44,048 nt of DNA from Armatimonadota bacterium (GTDB lineage: Bacteria; Armatimonadota; SYMT01): NCBI GenBank assembly GCA_046292385.1, contig JBKBRF010000053.1, positions 1 through 44,048 of the forward strand, given 5' to 3'. Made by a program: the position numbers and the translations under genes. The first letter of the stretch is position 1; the number at the start of each line of letters is the position of its first letter. The notes below the pieces were generated by a model. The model was not told the origin of the DNA, ran no database searches, and saw only the letters and a list, made by a program, of their open reading frames with translations. This document shows, piece by piece, positions 26,936 through 36,283 of this stretch.

Positions 26936-27838
26936 ATGATCCGAGTTCTCTCACCCCAGCTTTCCCGGGTACTCCCGCCCGATGCCTGCCTGGAGCAGGT
27001 CGCCACCGGCTTCGTCTTTACCGAGGGTCCGGTCTGGGATCCCCGCGACGACTCCCTTTACTTCAGTGACATCCCGGCGAACCGGATCTACCGGTGGATT
27101 CCGGAACGTGGCGCGGAAGTCTTTCGCGAGCCGAGCGGCAAGGCGAACGGCCTCACCTGGGATCCGGAAGGCTGCCTGCTGGCGTGTGAGCACCTGAACC
27201 GGCGCGTCTCCCGCACCCGGCCGGACGGGACCGTGGAGCCGCTGGTGGAGCGCTACGGCGGCCGGCGGCTGAACAGCCCGAACGACCTGGTGATGCGGAG
27301 CGACGGCAGCCTCTACTTCAGCGACCCGCCCTACGGCCTGCTCTCCGCCGACTTTGGCGCCCTGGCGGAGCAGGAGCAGCCCCACAACGGCCTCTACCTC
27401 CTGCGCCCCGGCGAGACGGAGCCGGTGCTGCTGGCGGCGGACTTCGACCGTCCCAACGGCCTCGCGTTCAGCCCGGATGAGAGCCTGCTCTACGTCGCCG
27501 ATACCTCGCGCTACCTGATCCGCGCCTTCGAGGTGATGGAGGACGGCACCCTTGCCGGCGGCGAGGTCTTCGCCCACTTCAACGCCGAAGACGGCGAAGG
27601 CCGGCCCGACGGGATGAAGGTCGACACGGAGGGGAACGTCCACACCACCGGGCCCGGCGGCCTCTGGATCCTTTCGCCGGACGGTGACGCGCTGGGGCAC
27701 GTTCGCTTCCCGGAAAAGACCGCCAACTGCGCCTGGGGCGACTCGGACTTCCGCAGCCTCTACGTTACCGCCAGCCACAGCATCTACCGGCTGCGCACCC
27801 TGATCCCCGGCATCACCCCCCGGAGCGTGGCCCTGTAG
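26936..27838 (+). CDS. SMP-30/gluconolactonase/LRE family protein
   Basis: FTEGPVW, FSDIP, LNSPNDL, FSDPPYG, PNGLAFSPDE and PDGMKVD. Confidence 0.93.
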   Translation: MIRVLSPQLSRVLPPDACLEQVATGFVFTEGPVWDPRDDSLYFSDIPANRIYRWIPERGAEVFREPSGKANGLTWDPEGCLLACEHLNRRVSRTRPDGTVEPLVERYGGRRLNSPNDLVMRSDGSLYFSDPPYGLLSADFGALAEQEQPHNGLYLLRPGETEPVLLAADFDRPNGLAFSPDESLLYVADTSRYLIRAFEVMEDGTLAGGEVFAHFNAEDGEGRPDGMKVDTEGNVHTTGPGGLWILSPDGDALGHVRFPEKTANCAWGDSDFRSLYVTASHSIYRLRTLIPGITPRSVAL

Positions 27839-27839
27839 C

Positions 27840-28421
27840 TCACTGCGCCTGCGAGTCGATCGGCGGGAACAACTCGGCGACTCGCAGGCGGAAGCCCGGC
27901 ACCACCGGCTCGCCGGGAAGCTCGTCGTCCGCTCCGTACAGCGCCACGGCGTTGCGGGGCCCGCGCACGTGTACCGTGCGGTGCTCCGGATCAACGATCC
28001 AGACCTGTTTCACGCCCGCCTCCAGATAGTCCGCGATCTTTCTCTCGGTGGCGTTCCAGTTCTCGTTCGGCGAAATCACCTCTACCGCGAGGTCAGGTGC
28101 GGTGGTGATGTAGGGGAGTGCGAACTGGTCGTTCGAGAAGCGATCGCGGGCGATGAAGGAGCAGTCCGGGCGGCGGATCTTGCTTCGATCGCTGAAGCAC
28201 TGGTAGCCGGCAGTGGCGCCGAACACCCAGCCGAGCCCTTGCTCTTCGATATAGTTTCCCAGCAAACGAGCGAGCTGGAGCTCGATCCAGCTTGACTGAT
28301 TCCCCATCTCCCTCTCCACCAGATGGCCGTCGACCAGCTCGAACCGCTCTCCGTCGGCCATTTCCTGGAGGTCCTCAGGGGTGACCAGCTCGGACGTGGG
28401 CTTCTCGACTACAGCGCTCAT
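27840..28421 (-). CDS. Uma2 (DUF820) family endonuclease-like protein
   Basis: FELVDG, RRPDCSF, APDLAVEVISP and YLEAGVKQVWIVDP. Confidence 0.92.
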   Translation of the reverse strand: MSAVVEKPTSELVTPEDLQEMADGERFELVDGHLVEREMGNQSSWIELQLARLLGNYIEEQGLGWVFGATAGYQCFSDRSKIRRPDCSFIARDRFSNDQFALPYITTAPDLAVEVISPNENWNATERKIADYLEAGVKQVWIVDPEHRTVHVRGPRNAVALYGADDELPGEPVVPGFRLRVAELFPPIDSQAQ

Positions 28422-28541
28422 CGCAATCTCCTCCGGCCGGCGGATACCGGACCCACAATATTATTCCCCGCGTCAGATCCGATTCGCCTTCCGGCAGGTG
28501 TCAGCGCTCAGTGAGTGCAATCGTTCCCAGGAGGCAGCGTG

Positions 28542-29582
28542 ATGCTCGGCTGGGGGATTCTCGGGTGTGGTGACATTACGGAGAAGCGGGTCGCTCCGGC
28601 GATTGCCGCGCGGCCGAGTAGCCGCCTCATCTGGCTGCAGAGCCGCACCGCCGCCCGCGCCGCGGAGCTGGCCGCTCGTTGCCCGGACGCAAAGAGCACC
28701 GGCTCGCGGGCCGAGGTGCTCGCGGATCCGGAGGTCGGGGCGGTCTACGTGGCGACCGAGCACCACCGGCATGCGGAAGACGTGATCGCCGCGGCGGAGG
28801 CGGGCAAGCACGTGCTGTGCGAGAAGCCGCTGGCGAACAGCGTCGCCGACTGCCTCCGGATGATCGAGGCGTGCCGCGCCAATGGGGTGGCGCTGCAGGT
28901 GGCCTACTACCGCCGCTACTATCCGAAGCTGCTGCGCATGCAGGCGCTGCTCGAGGCCGGTGCGATCGGCGAGCCGGTCTCCGCGCAGGCGCACCTGAGC
29001 AGCCGCCTCGACCCACGGCGCGTCACCCCGGAGAACTGGCGCCTGAACGCAGAGTTGTCCGGCGGCGGGGCGCTCGTCGATACCGGCAGCCACCGGCTCG
29101 ACCTCCTCTGCTGGCTGCTGGGAGAGCCGGACCGCGTCGCCGCCTTCGCCGAGTGCCGGGAGCTGCCGATCGAGGCGCCGGACACCGAGACGCTGCTGAT
29201 CCGCTTCCGGAGCGGCGTCCACGCCGTTACGCGGCACGGCTTCCGCAGCCGCTCCCGCGACGCGCTGGAGATCAACGGGACGCAGGGTGCCCTCTCCGCC
29301 ACGCCGGTCGACGGCCCCCTGCTCTCGCTGGAGTGCGATCCCGCCCGTCTCCGCGAGCGCGCACCGGAGCTGCTCGCCGGGGCCGAGGAGACGCCGGAGG
29401 GACTCCGCTGGCACCTGCCGAAGGCGGAGAACGTCCACTTGCCGCTGATCGACGACTTCACCCGGCGCATCGCCGCCGGGGAGCCGCCGCGCTACTCCGG
29501 TGAGGACGGCATGCAGGCGAGCCGTATCATCGAGGCCGCCTACGAGAGCGCGCGGACCGGTCGCGTCACCCCTGCGCCGTAG
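28542..29582 (+). CDS. Gfo/Idh/MocA family oxidoreductase
   Basis: WGILGCG, GKHVLCEKP and SGGGALVDTGSH. Confidence 0.92.
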   Translation: MLGWGILGCGDITEKRVAPAIAARPSSRLIWLQSRTAARAAELAARCPDAKSTGSRAEVLADPEVGAVYVATEHHRHAEDVIAAAEAGKHVLCEKPLANSVADCLRMIEACRANGVALQVAYYRRYYPKLLRMQALLEAGAIGEPVSAQAHLSSRLDPRRVTPENWRLNAELSGGGALVDTGSHRLDLLCWLLGEPDRVAAFAECRELPIEAPDTETLLIRFRSGVHAVTRHGFRSRSRDALEINGTQGALSATPVDGPLLSLECDPARLRERAPELLAGAEETPEGLRWHLPKAENVHLPLIDDFTRRIAAGEPPRYSGEDGMQASRIIEAAYESARTGRVTPAP

Positions 29583-30645
29583 GCTCCCAGCCGATGCCGG
29601 GAGTGCTGGCGCTCACACGGAGAACGTCACCCTCCTGCGCGAAGGGGAGACCGGTGGGCGTAAGGCCGATCAGGGCGTGGGAGTCGAGGTCGAGGTAGTC
29701 GAAGGCGCCGCTGCCGCAGGCGAGGTGGAGGCTGCCGCCGATGCCGAGCAGCGACTCCAGCATGCAGCCGAGCATCAGCTTGAGGCCGGCGGCGCGGGCG
29801 ATGGCGATGATCTGGAGCGCGCCGAGCAGCCCCGCCTTAGCGACCTTGATGTTGATGCCGTGCGCGGCGCCCATGGCGGCGACCTTCACCGCGGCGGCGG
29901 GATCGACCACCGCTTCGTCCGCGATCACCGGCACGCGGCTGCCGCGGGTGACGGCGGCGAGCGCCTCCAGGTCTTCCCGCGGCACCGGCTGCTCCATCAT
30001 CTCGATCGGGATGCCCGCCCCCTCGCAGGCGGCGAGGAAGGCGAGCGCTTCGTCCGCACCGAAACCCTGGTTGGCGTCGAGCCGGATCCCGGCGCCGGGC
30101 GCGGCGGCGGAGACGGCGCGGACCCGTTCCAGGTCGGCATCGCGGTCGGGGCCGCCCACCTTGATCTTGATCGAGCGGTAGCCCATCCCGGCGGCCTCGG
30201 CGGCGATCGCTCCCGCCTGCTCCGGCGGGGCGATCGGGACGGTCAGGTCGCTGCGGACCTCCGGCGTGGCCCCGCCGAAGTAGATCCAGAGCGGCACGCC
30301 CCAGGTGCGGGAGAGCGCGTCGAGCAGCGCCATCTCCGCCGCGCTGCGGGCGGTGTGCTGGCCGGAGAGCGCCTCGTCCAGCCGCGGCGCCCAGTCCCGC
30401 ACGCGGGAGATGTCGCGCCGGAGCACCGCGTCGGCCGCGCCCGAAACCGAGGCGAGCACGCTCTCCGGCGTCTCGCCGGTAACATAATCAGCGGGAGAGG
30501 CCTCGCCGTAGCCCCGGGTGCCGTCGCTCAGGACCGCCGTCACCAGCACGTTCTCCGCCACCGAAGAGCGTCGCTTCGCGCTCTCGAACGGGCTCTTCAT
30601 CGCGTACTGCGCCGGCTCCGCCCGCAGCTCCAGGATCTCGATCAT
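29566..30645 (-). CDS. Dipeptide (L-Ala-D/L-Glu) epimerase, enolase superfamily
   Basis: KIKVG, LDANQG, EQP, ADE, INIK, GCMLES and DLD; the DxD motif is typical of Ala-Glu epimerases. Confidence 0.88.
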   Translation of the reverse strand: MIEILELRAEPAQYAMKSPFESAKRRSSVAENVLVTAVLSDGTRGYGEASPADYVTGETPESVLASVSGAADAVLRRDISRVRDWAPRLDEALSGQHTARSAAEMALLDALSRTWGVPLWIYFGGATPEVRSDLTVPIAPPEQAGAIAAEAAGMGYRSIKIKVGGPDRDADLERVRAVSAAAPGAGIRLDANQGFGADEALAFLAACEGAGIPIEMMEQPVPREDLEALAAVTRGSRVPVIADEAVVDPAAAVKVAAMGAAHGINIKVAKAGLLGALQIIAIARAAGLKLMLGCMLESLLGIGGSLHLACGSGAFDYLDLDSHALIGLTPTGLPFAQEGDVLRVSASTPGIGWEPTAQG

Positions 30646-32107
30646 GCTCCAGTTTCCTCGTCCAGAAGGGGGCCGTCCCCGCCGGGGTGCCCGCCAGGCG
30701 CTGCTGCTCTTCTCCGCCGCGCTGCTGCTGGCGGCCCGCGCCGGGGCCGACACCGCCTCGCTCGCGCAGCGGGTCGACGCCGCGATCGCGGGGCTCGGGC
30801 CGCACACCCTCAGCGCGGTGCGGGTGGTCGAGCTGCCGCAGGGGGACGTTCTCTACGAGCGCAACGCGGACCTGTCGATGAACCCGGCTTCGAACATGAA
30901 GCTGCTCACCTCCGCGGCGGCGCTGGCGCACCTGGGGCCGGACTACCGCTTCACCACCCGCGTGCTGCAGACCGGCAAACGCAGCGGGAGCACGCTGGCC
31001 GGTGACCTGATCCTCCAGGGAGGCGGCGACCCGGTGCTGGAGACGAAGGACCTGGAGCGTCTCGCCGACGCCGTAAAGGCCGGGGGTATCCGCGTGGTGA
31101 CCGGCGCGCTGCGGGTTGACGACTCCCGCTACGACCGGCGCCGCCTCGGCACCGGGTGGGAGGCGGACGACGAGTCGTACTACTACGCCGCGCAGGTGAG
31201 CGCGCTCTCTGTCAACAGCAACGTGATGAAGGTCGACGTACTTCCCGCCGCCCGCGCCGGCGCGCCGGTGACGGTGAAGCAGAGCCCCATTCCCGGCTAT
31301 GCCGCCCTCGCCGAGCGTCCGCTCACCGGCTCCGCGGATACGAAGTCCGACCTCGACGTGATGCGCCTGCGGGGCCGCAACGCGTTGAAGATCACCGGCA
31401 CCATCGGCGTGGGCGGACGACCGCTGCGGGAGGTGGAGGTCACGGTAGAAGAGCCGCAGCGCTTCGCGGGAGCACTCTTCCGGCAGCTCCTTGCGCAGCG
31501 CGGCGTGAAAGTGGCCGGCCCGGTGCGCGACCTGCCCGCCCCGGACAGCGCGCGGGCGCTCACCTCCCTCACCTCCCCTCCCCTCTCGCGCCTCGTCTCC
31601 CTGCTGAACAAGCCGAGCAACAACCTGATTGCGGAGATGCTGCTGAAGGAGATCGGCTATCGGGAAAAGGGGAAGGGCGACACCCACACCGGCAGCGAGG
31701 TGCTGGAAGACTGGCTGGCGAAGCTGGGCGTCCCGGCGGGCGGCGTGCTGGTGAACGACGGCAGCGGCATGAGCCGCCACGACCTGGTGACCGCCCGCGC
31801 CGTCTCCGAGCTGCTGGTGAAGGCGCGCGCCCAGCCCTGGGGACCGGTCTTCACCGAGTCACTCCCGGTGATGGGGGTGGACGGCACCCTGCGCTCCCGG
31901 CTGAAGGGCACCTCGGCCGAGGGGAAGATCCAGGCGAAGACCGGCACCCTCTCCCACGTCACCGCGCTGAGCGGCTACGCCACCTCGCGCGACGGGAAGC
32001 GGCGAGTCTTCAGCATCCTGATCAACCACCACCCCGGCCCGACCGGCGGGGCCAACGGCGCCAAGCGGGCCGAGGACGCCATTGCGCTCGCCCTGGTAGA
32101 AGAGTAA
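30644..32107 (+). CDS. dacB: D-Ala-D-Ala carboxypeptidase/endopeptidase, peptidase S13 (PBP4)
   Basis: Signal peptide; PASNMK (SxxK), GGGDP, KPSNN (SxN), DGSGMSR and AKTGTL. Confidence 0.93.
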   Translation: MLQFPRPEGGRPRRGARQALLLFSAALLLAARAGADTASLAQRVDAAIAGLGPHTLSAVRVVELPQGDVLYERNADLSMNPASNMKLLTSAAALAHLGPDYRFTTRVLQTGKRSGSTLAGDLILQGGGDPVLETKDLERLADAVKAGGIRVVTGALRVDDSRYDRRRLGTGWEADDESYYYAAQVSALSVNSNVMKVDVLPAARAGAPVTVKQSPIPGYAALAERPLTGSADTKSDLDVMRLRGRNALKITGTIGVGGRPLREVEVTVEEPQRFAGALFRQLLAQRGVKVAGPVRDLPAPDSARALTSLTSPPLSRLVSLLNKPSNNLIAEMLLKEIGYREKGKGDTHTGSEVLEDWLAKLGVPAGGVLVNDGSGMSRHDLVTARAVSELLVKARAQPWGPVFTESLPVMGVDGTLRSRLKGTSAEGKIQAKTGTLSHVTALSGYATSRDGKRRVFSILINHHPGPTGGANGAKRAEDAIALALVEE

Positions 32108-32116
32108 GCCGGCGCG

Positions 32117-32494
32117 CTACAGTCCGAGTCTCGAGCGAAGCCCGGCCCGGATCGTGCGAGCGAACCGCAGCGCATCTTTCGACTCCTGCACCGTTGCCGA
32201 CATACCCGGGTAGCGGATCATCACGCCGTAGGCATCTAACGCCTGGATCTCGGCGGAGAGGGTCGAGAGTGACGGATCGAAGACGCAGCAGAGGTTGAGG
32301 AGTTGGACCAGGTCGTGAATCCGCGGCGGGCTGGCTCCCCGTGCGAGGAGATAGGCCTTCAGATACTTCTCCGCTGACTGCTGGCAGTGATAGCAGACCA
32401 GGTCGGGCAGCGGAGCGCTCTGCCGGCCGTCCAGAGTCTCTGCCCCGGCGAAATCGGCCTCCGCCTTGTCCACCCAGTCCTGTACGATACTCAT
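32117..32494 (-). CDS. HEPN domain protein
   Basis: CYHCQQSAEKYLKA, PRIHDL and IRYP; ATGA-coupled to the upstream MNT gene. Confidence 0.9.
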   Translation of the reverse strand: MSIVQDWVDKAEADFAGAETLDGRQSAPLPDLVCYHCQQSAEKYLKAYLLARGASPPRIHDLVQLLNLCCVFDPSLSTLSAEIQALDAYGVMIRYPGMSATVQESKDALRFARTIRAGLRSRLGL

Positions 32495-32877
32495 CGAGAG
32501 TAGAGAACCCGGCCGCGCGCGACCACCTCTCGCAAGAACGGGTCGCCCTGCGAGAGCCGAGCCGTCATCTCATCCGGTGTCACCACGAGCAGGTCCATAG
32601 GGAGAAATGGCACCCGGGCAACCTGGGAGACGCGGAGGATCCGCTGCGCTGGCGACTCTTCTGTCGGCATTACCACCAGCAGGTCCACGTCACTCTCCGC
32701 GTGGGGAATGCCGGAGGCGTGGGAGCCGAAGAGGATGACCTGGACCGGATGGAAGGTCGCCACGATCCGGTGTGTAATTGCCTGGAGCAACTCCTCGGTA
32801 ACGGCGGGACGCAGCGCGTCCCAGTCCAACCGCGACTCTTCCGCCGGCTCCGGCGTGGGGAGTTGGATGAAAGGCAT
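32491..32877 (-). CDS. Minimal nucleotidyltransferase (MNT)
   Basis: ILFGSHASG...SDVDLLVV (GSx10DxD). Start uncertain. Confidence 0.88.
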   Translation of the reverse strand: MPFIQLPTPEPAEESRLDWDALRPAVTEELLQAITHRIVATFHPVQVILFGSHASGIPHAESDVDLLVVMPTEESPAQRILRVSQVARVPFLPMDLLVVTPDEMTARLSQGDPFLREVVARGRVLYSR

Positions 32878-33016
32878 CTTGGAGGCACCCACTCTCGGCC
32901 CAGAGGTCGGCTCCGACCCATAACACGTCTGGGCATCAACTCCACCATTCTACCCTGGCGAGAGAGCCGCGTTCCATTCGGCGCCGAAACCAACGACCAG
33001 CACGACCCGAGGATCG

Positions 33017-34705
33017 ATGAATTACGACAGCTTCTGTATGGCGGCGGCGCTCGACGAGCTGCGGCGGGACGCGGTGGGCGCGTTCGTCGACCAGGTCTAC
33101 CAGCCGCACGCGCTCGACGTGGTACTGGCGTTTACCGGGCGGGGGCCGCGGCGGCTCTGGCTCTTCTCGTCGGACGCGCGCTGGCCGCGGGCGCACGCCA
33201 CGCGCATCCGGCGGGAGAACCCGGCCACCCCGCCGGGCTTCTGCATGCTGCTGCGGAAGCGGATCGGCGGCAGCCGGCTGGTGGAGGCGGAGCAGGTGCG
33301 GTTCGACCGCATCCTGCGGCTCACGTTCCGGCGCGGCGAGGAAAGCCACACGTTGGTCCACGAGGTGATGGGCCGGTACAGCAACCTGATCCTGCTGGAC
33401 GAGGCGGGGGTGGTGCTCGGCGCGGCAAAGGTGGTCCCGCCTTCCCAGACGCGGGTCCGGCCGGTGCTGCCGGGACAGCCGTACGAGGAGCCGCCCGGCG
33501 AGCGGCCCGATCCCCGCACTCTCTCCCGAGCGGAGCTGGCGGCGCTGCTGGGCGGAGCGGACGAGCCGGCGGCGATCACGCGCGCGCTGAGCGGCTGGGG
33601 CACCTTCGCCGCTCGCGAAGCATTCGCCCTCGCAGAGGATCCCTCCCCGGAGGGAGTCGCCGCCGCGGTCGATTCGATGATGGAGCGGGTCCGCCGGCGC
33701 GACTTCTCGCCGGTGCTGTTCCAGGATCCGGCCGGAAAGCCGAAGGGGATCTGGGCCTTTCCGTCACGACAGTCCGGCTGGGAAACCTTCGTCGGGGTGG
33801 AGAGCGTCTCCGCGGCCTGCGACCGCTTCTACTCGTTCCGGGAGGAGCACGAGGCGGTCGAGACGCTGCGCCGGACCGCGCTCGGCGCGCTGGAGCGGGC
33901 TTTACGGACCGCTGAAACGCAGCTGTCCGAGGCGGAAGGTCACCTGGAGGGCCTGGATGCCGCGGAGCAGCTCCGGATCTCCGGCGAGCTGCTCGCCGCG
34001 CACTCCGGCAAGGTGGAGCGGGGCGATACGGAGGTGGAGCTGCCGAACTGGTACGACCCGGAGGGCGGGACGCTGCGGATCGCGCTCGATCCGGAGCTGG
34101 ACGGACGCGAGAATGCGGAGCGCTGCTTCCACCGGTACCGGAGGGCGGTTGCCGCGGCGGAAGCGTCTCTCGAGCGGATTCCGGCGCTGCAGGCGCGGGT
34201 GGCGGAGCTGCGCTCCCGGGTGGAAGAGGCGGGCTCCGCGGACGAGACTCACCTTCGGGCGCTCCACGAACTGGCTAAGCGCGAGGGGCTCCTCCGCACC
34301 CAGGGACCGGCGGCGCAAGCGCGTCCCGAAGCCGAGGCGTTTCCCGCGGGAGTGCGCATCCGCCGGGTCCCGGTCCGCGACTGGGAGGTGCTCTACGGGG
34401 AGAACGCCACCTCCAACGACTACCTGACCACCCGCGTGGCGCGGCCCGGCGATCTCTGGCTCCACGCCCGGGCGGTGACCGGCGCCCACGTGGTGGTCCG
34501 CGGCGTGCAGTCGCTCGACCGCCTCCCGTCGGAGGTGCTGCGGGAGGCAGCCCGGCTAGCAGCGCGCCACAGCGAGGCGAAGCACTCCGGAGTGGTCGCC
34601 GTGGACTACACCTTCCGCAAGTACGTGCGCAAGCCGCGGGGAAGCGCGCCGGGCGCCTGCCTCTACACGCACGAGAAGACGCTGCACGTGGAAGCCGCGG
34701 AGTAG
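33017..34705 (+). CDS. rqcH: RqcH/Rqc2 (NFACT, FbpA) ribosome quality-control factor
   Basis: FCMLLRK, FDRIL, EVMGRYSNLIL, PGQPYEEPP, GELLAA and NFACT-R WLHARAVTGAHVV. Confidence 0.9.
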   Translation: MNYDSFCMAAALDELRRDAVGAFVDQVYQPHALDVVLAFTGRGPRRLWLFSSDARWPRAHATRIRRENPATPPGFCMLLRKRIGGSRLVEAEQVRFDRILRLTFRRGEESHTLVHEVMGRYSNLILLDEAGVVLGAAKVVPPSQTRVRPVLPGQPYEEPPGERPDPRTLSRAELAALLGGADEPAAITRALSGWGTFAAREAFALAEDPSPEGVAAAVDSMMERVRRRDFSPVLFQDPAGKPKGIWAFPSRQSGWETFVGVESVSAACDRFYSFREEHEAVETLRRTALGALERALRTAETQLSEAEGHLEGLDAAEQLRISGELLAAHSGKVERGDTEVELPNWYDPEGGTLRIALDPELDGRENAERCFHRYRRAVAAAEASLERIPALQARVAELRSRVEEAGSADETHLRALHELAKREGLLRTQGPAAQARPEAEAFPAGVRIRRVPVRDWEVLYGENATSNDYLTTRVARPGDLWLHARAVTGAHVVVRGVQSLDRLPSEVLREAARLAARHSEAKHSGVVAVDYTFRKYVRKPRGSAPGACLYTHEKTLHVEAAE

Positions 34706-34716
34706 CGAGCGAGAGG

Positions 34717-35175
34717 CTACTGCCCCCCGCAGTACCGCTTTTCGGCCGCCGTGATCTTGTCGACCCGTCGCTGGTGCCGGTCGACTCCGCTGAACGGCTC
34801 GTTCACCCAGGCGTTCACCACCTCGAGCGCCGCGCCGATCCCGATGACGCGCTCGCCCATGGTGAGCATGTTGGCGTCGTTGTCCCGGCGAGAAGAGCGG
34901 GCACTGTAGACGTCGTGGCAGACCACCGCCCGGACGCCCGGCACCTTGTTGGCGGCGATCACCGGCCCGAGCCCGGAGCCGCAAGGGAAGATCGCGAGGT
35001 CCACCTCGCCGCGGGCCACCGCCTCCGCCACGGGGAAGACGTAGTCCGGGTAGTCGACCGAGGCTTCGCTGTCGGTGCCGAAGTCGCGCACCTCGTGCCC
35101 GGCCCCCGCCAGGGCCTCCTTGATCGCGCGTTTGAGATTCAAGCCCGCGTGGTCGCTCCCGATCGCGATCTTCAT
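34717..35175 (-). CDS. rpiB: Ribose-5-phosphate isomerase B
   Basis: IGSDHAG, DYPD, CGSGLG, ANKVPGVRA and RHQRRVDKI. Confidence 0.93.
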   Translation of the reverse strand: MKIAIGSDHAGLNLKRAIKEALAGAGHEVRDFGTDSEASVDYPDYVFPVAEAVARGEVDLAIFPCGSGLGPVIAANKVPGVRAVVCHDVYSARSSRRDNDANMLTMGERVIGIGAALEVVNAWVNEPFSGVDRHQRRVDKITAAEKRYCGGQ

Positions 35176-35315
35176 TCCGGCCTCCCCCGAGCAAGCTGCA
35201 TTCACGCGCGAATTATACTGCGGGGCCGGGCGCCGCGGGGCAATCCGGTGCTGCGGGCGCCGTGTGCTAGAATTACCCGGCGCCCGCAGACGGGCCGGGG
35301 GAGAATGGAGCGCGT

Positions 35316-35753
35316 ATGGCCGCTGGCAACCAGCATCATCTCGAATTCGGCGGAAGTCCCGTTGGAACCGAATTCCCGGGCAAGATCCAGTTCCGGCTGG
35401 CAGACCGCATTCCGGTCCTGGCGGTCTCCCACACGTTTGACGAGGAGACGGCACGCGCGATCCGGTACAACCTGGTCGCCACCGTCGGTCCGGAGCGCCC
35501 CTACTACCATCGCTACCACTTCGTCGTGCTCGACGTGCGGATGATCAGCGAGTGGCTGCCCGGCGCCGGCGAGTTCGTGAACGCGCTGCGACAGCGAATG
35601 CGCTCCATCGGCGGCGAGCTCTTCGTGGTGAGCACGGTCGAGATCCCGGTCTCCGGGGACGTGCCGCGCTTCGAAACGCTGGAAGATGCGATCGCCGCCG
35701 CGAAGGAGATGCGGGCCGCCAAGCGCGCGGCCGGCCTCCGCGGCGCGCTGTAG
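35316..35753 (+). CDS. Hypothetical protein, degenerate STAS-like fold
   Basis: GGAG RBS. The pattern VLAVSHTFDEETA...VVLDV...GGELFVV...FETLEDAI resembles anti-anti-sigma STAS proteins. Confidence 0.5.
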   Translation: MAAGNQHHLEFGGSPVGTEFPGKIQFRLADRIPVLAVSHTFDEETARAIRYNLVATVGPERPYYHRYHFVVLDVRMISEWLPGAGEFVNALRQRMRSIGGELFVVSTVEIPVSGDVPRFETLEDAIAAAKEMRAAKRAAGLRGAL

Positions 35754-35821
35754 CCGTCAACTGGGCCCTGGTTTCACGGCGGGGGTGCGCGGCGGCGCAT
35801 CCCCGCTCTGGCGTCCGGCGC

Positions 35822-36073
35822 CTAGCCTCCGGCGAGCGGCTCGAAGAGACTCACCGTATCGCCGTCCCGGAGCACCTTTCCGTGGTCGACTTCCACGTCG
35901 TTCACGGCGACCACCATCTGCCCCTCATCCCCGCCGTACGGGATCCCCAGGTGCAGGATCAGCTGCTGCGCGGAGAGGCCGTCCGGCACTTCGATTCGCA
36001 CGGCGCGACCGCGCCGCTCCCCTTCCGGTTGATACTGCTTCAGCTCGCCGAACAGGCGTATCTTTATCTGCAT
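35822..36073 (-). CDS. MoaD/ThiS family sulfur-carrier protein
   Basis: IKIRLFGEL, VAVND and LRDGDTVSLFEPLAGG with a C-terminal GG. Confidence 0.9.
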   Translation of the reverse strand: MQIKIRLFGELKQYQPEGERRGRAVRIEVPDGLSAQQLILHLGIPYGGDEGQMVVAVNDVEVDHGKVLRDGDTVSLFEPLAGG

Positions 36074-36206
36074 CCGGTACTCGTTCCCCTGTGTAGCTGC
36101 TCTTCCTTCGCTCGGAATGCGAGCAATCACAACTACTCTTCTTGCTCGCAGGTTGACTTCGCTGAGATAGGTGTTTCAGATTCGCGGGGCGTGGTTAAGA
36201 TAGGGT

Positions 36207-36283
36207 CGGAAGGATTAAGCGTGTTACTCCTTCTTGATCAGCCAGTGCTTGGCCGTCCTGACGGGACGGCCATTTTTCTTTTT
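36207..36283 (+). ncRNA. Candidate small RNA
   Basis: A -10-like TAAGAT (36196-36201), a GAAGGA/TCCTTC hairpin and a plus-strand terminator, while both flanking genes are on the minus strand. Confidence 0.4.
36250..36283 (+). terminator. Rho-independent terminator, plus strand
   Basis: TGGCCGTCC-TGACG-GGACGGCCA followed by TTTTTCTTTTT. Confidence 0.75.

Noticed and set aside
36074..36200. Moco riboswitch upstream of moaD/thiS
   Set aside because: Only TCCGAGC resembles it; the other conserved elements are absent.
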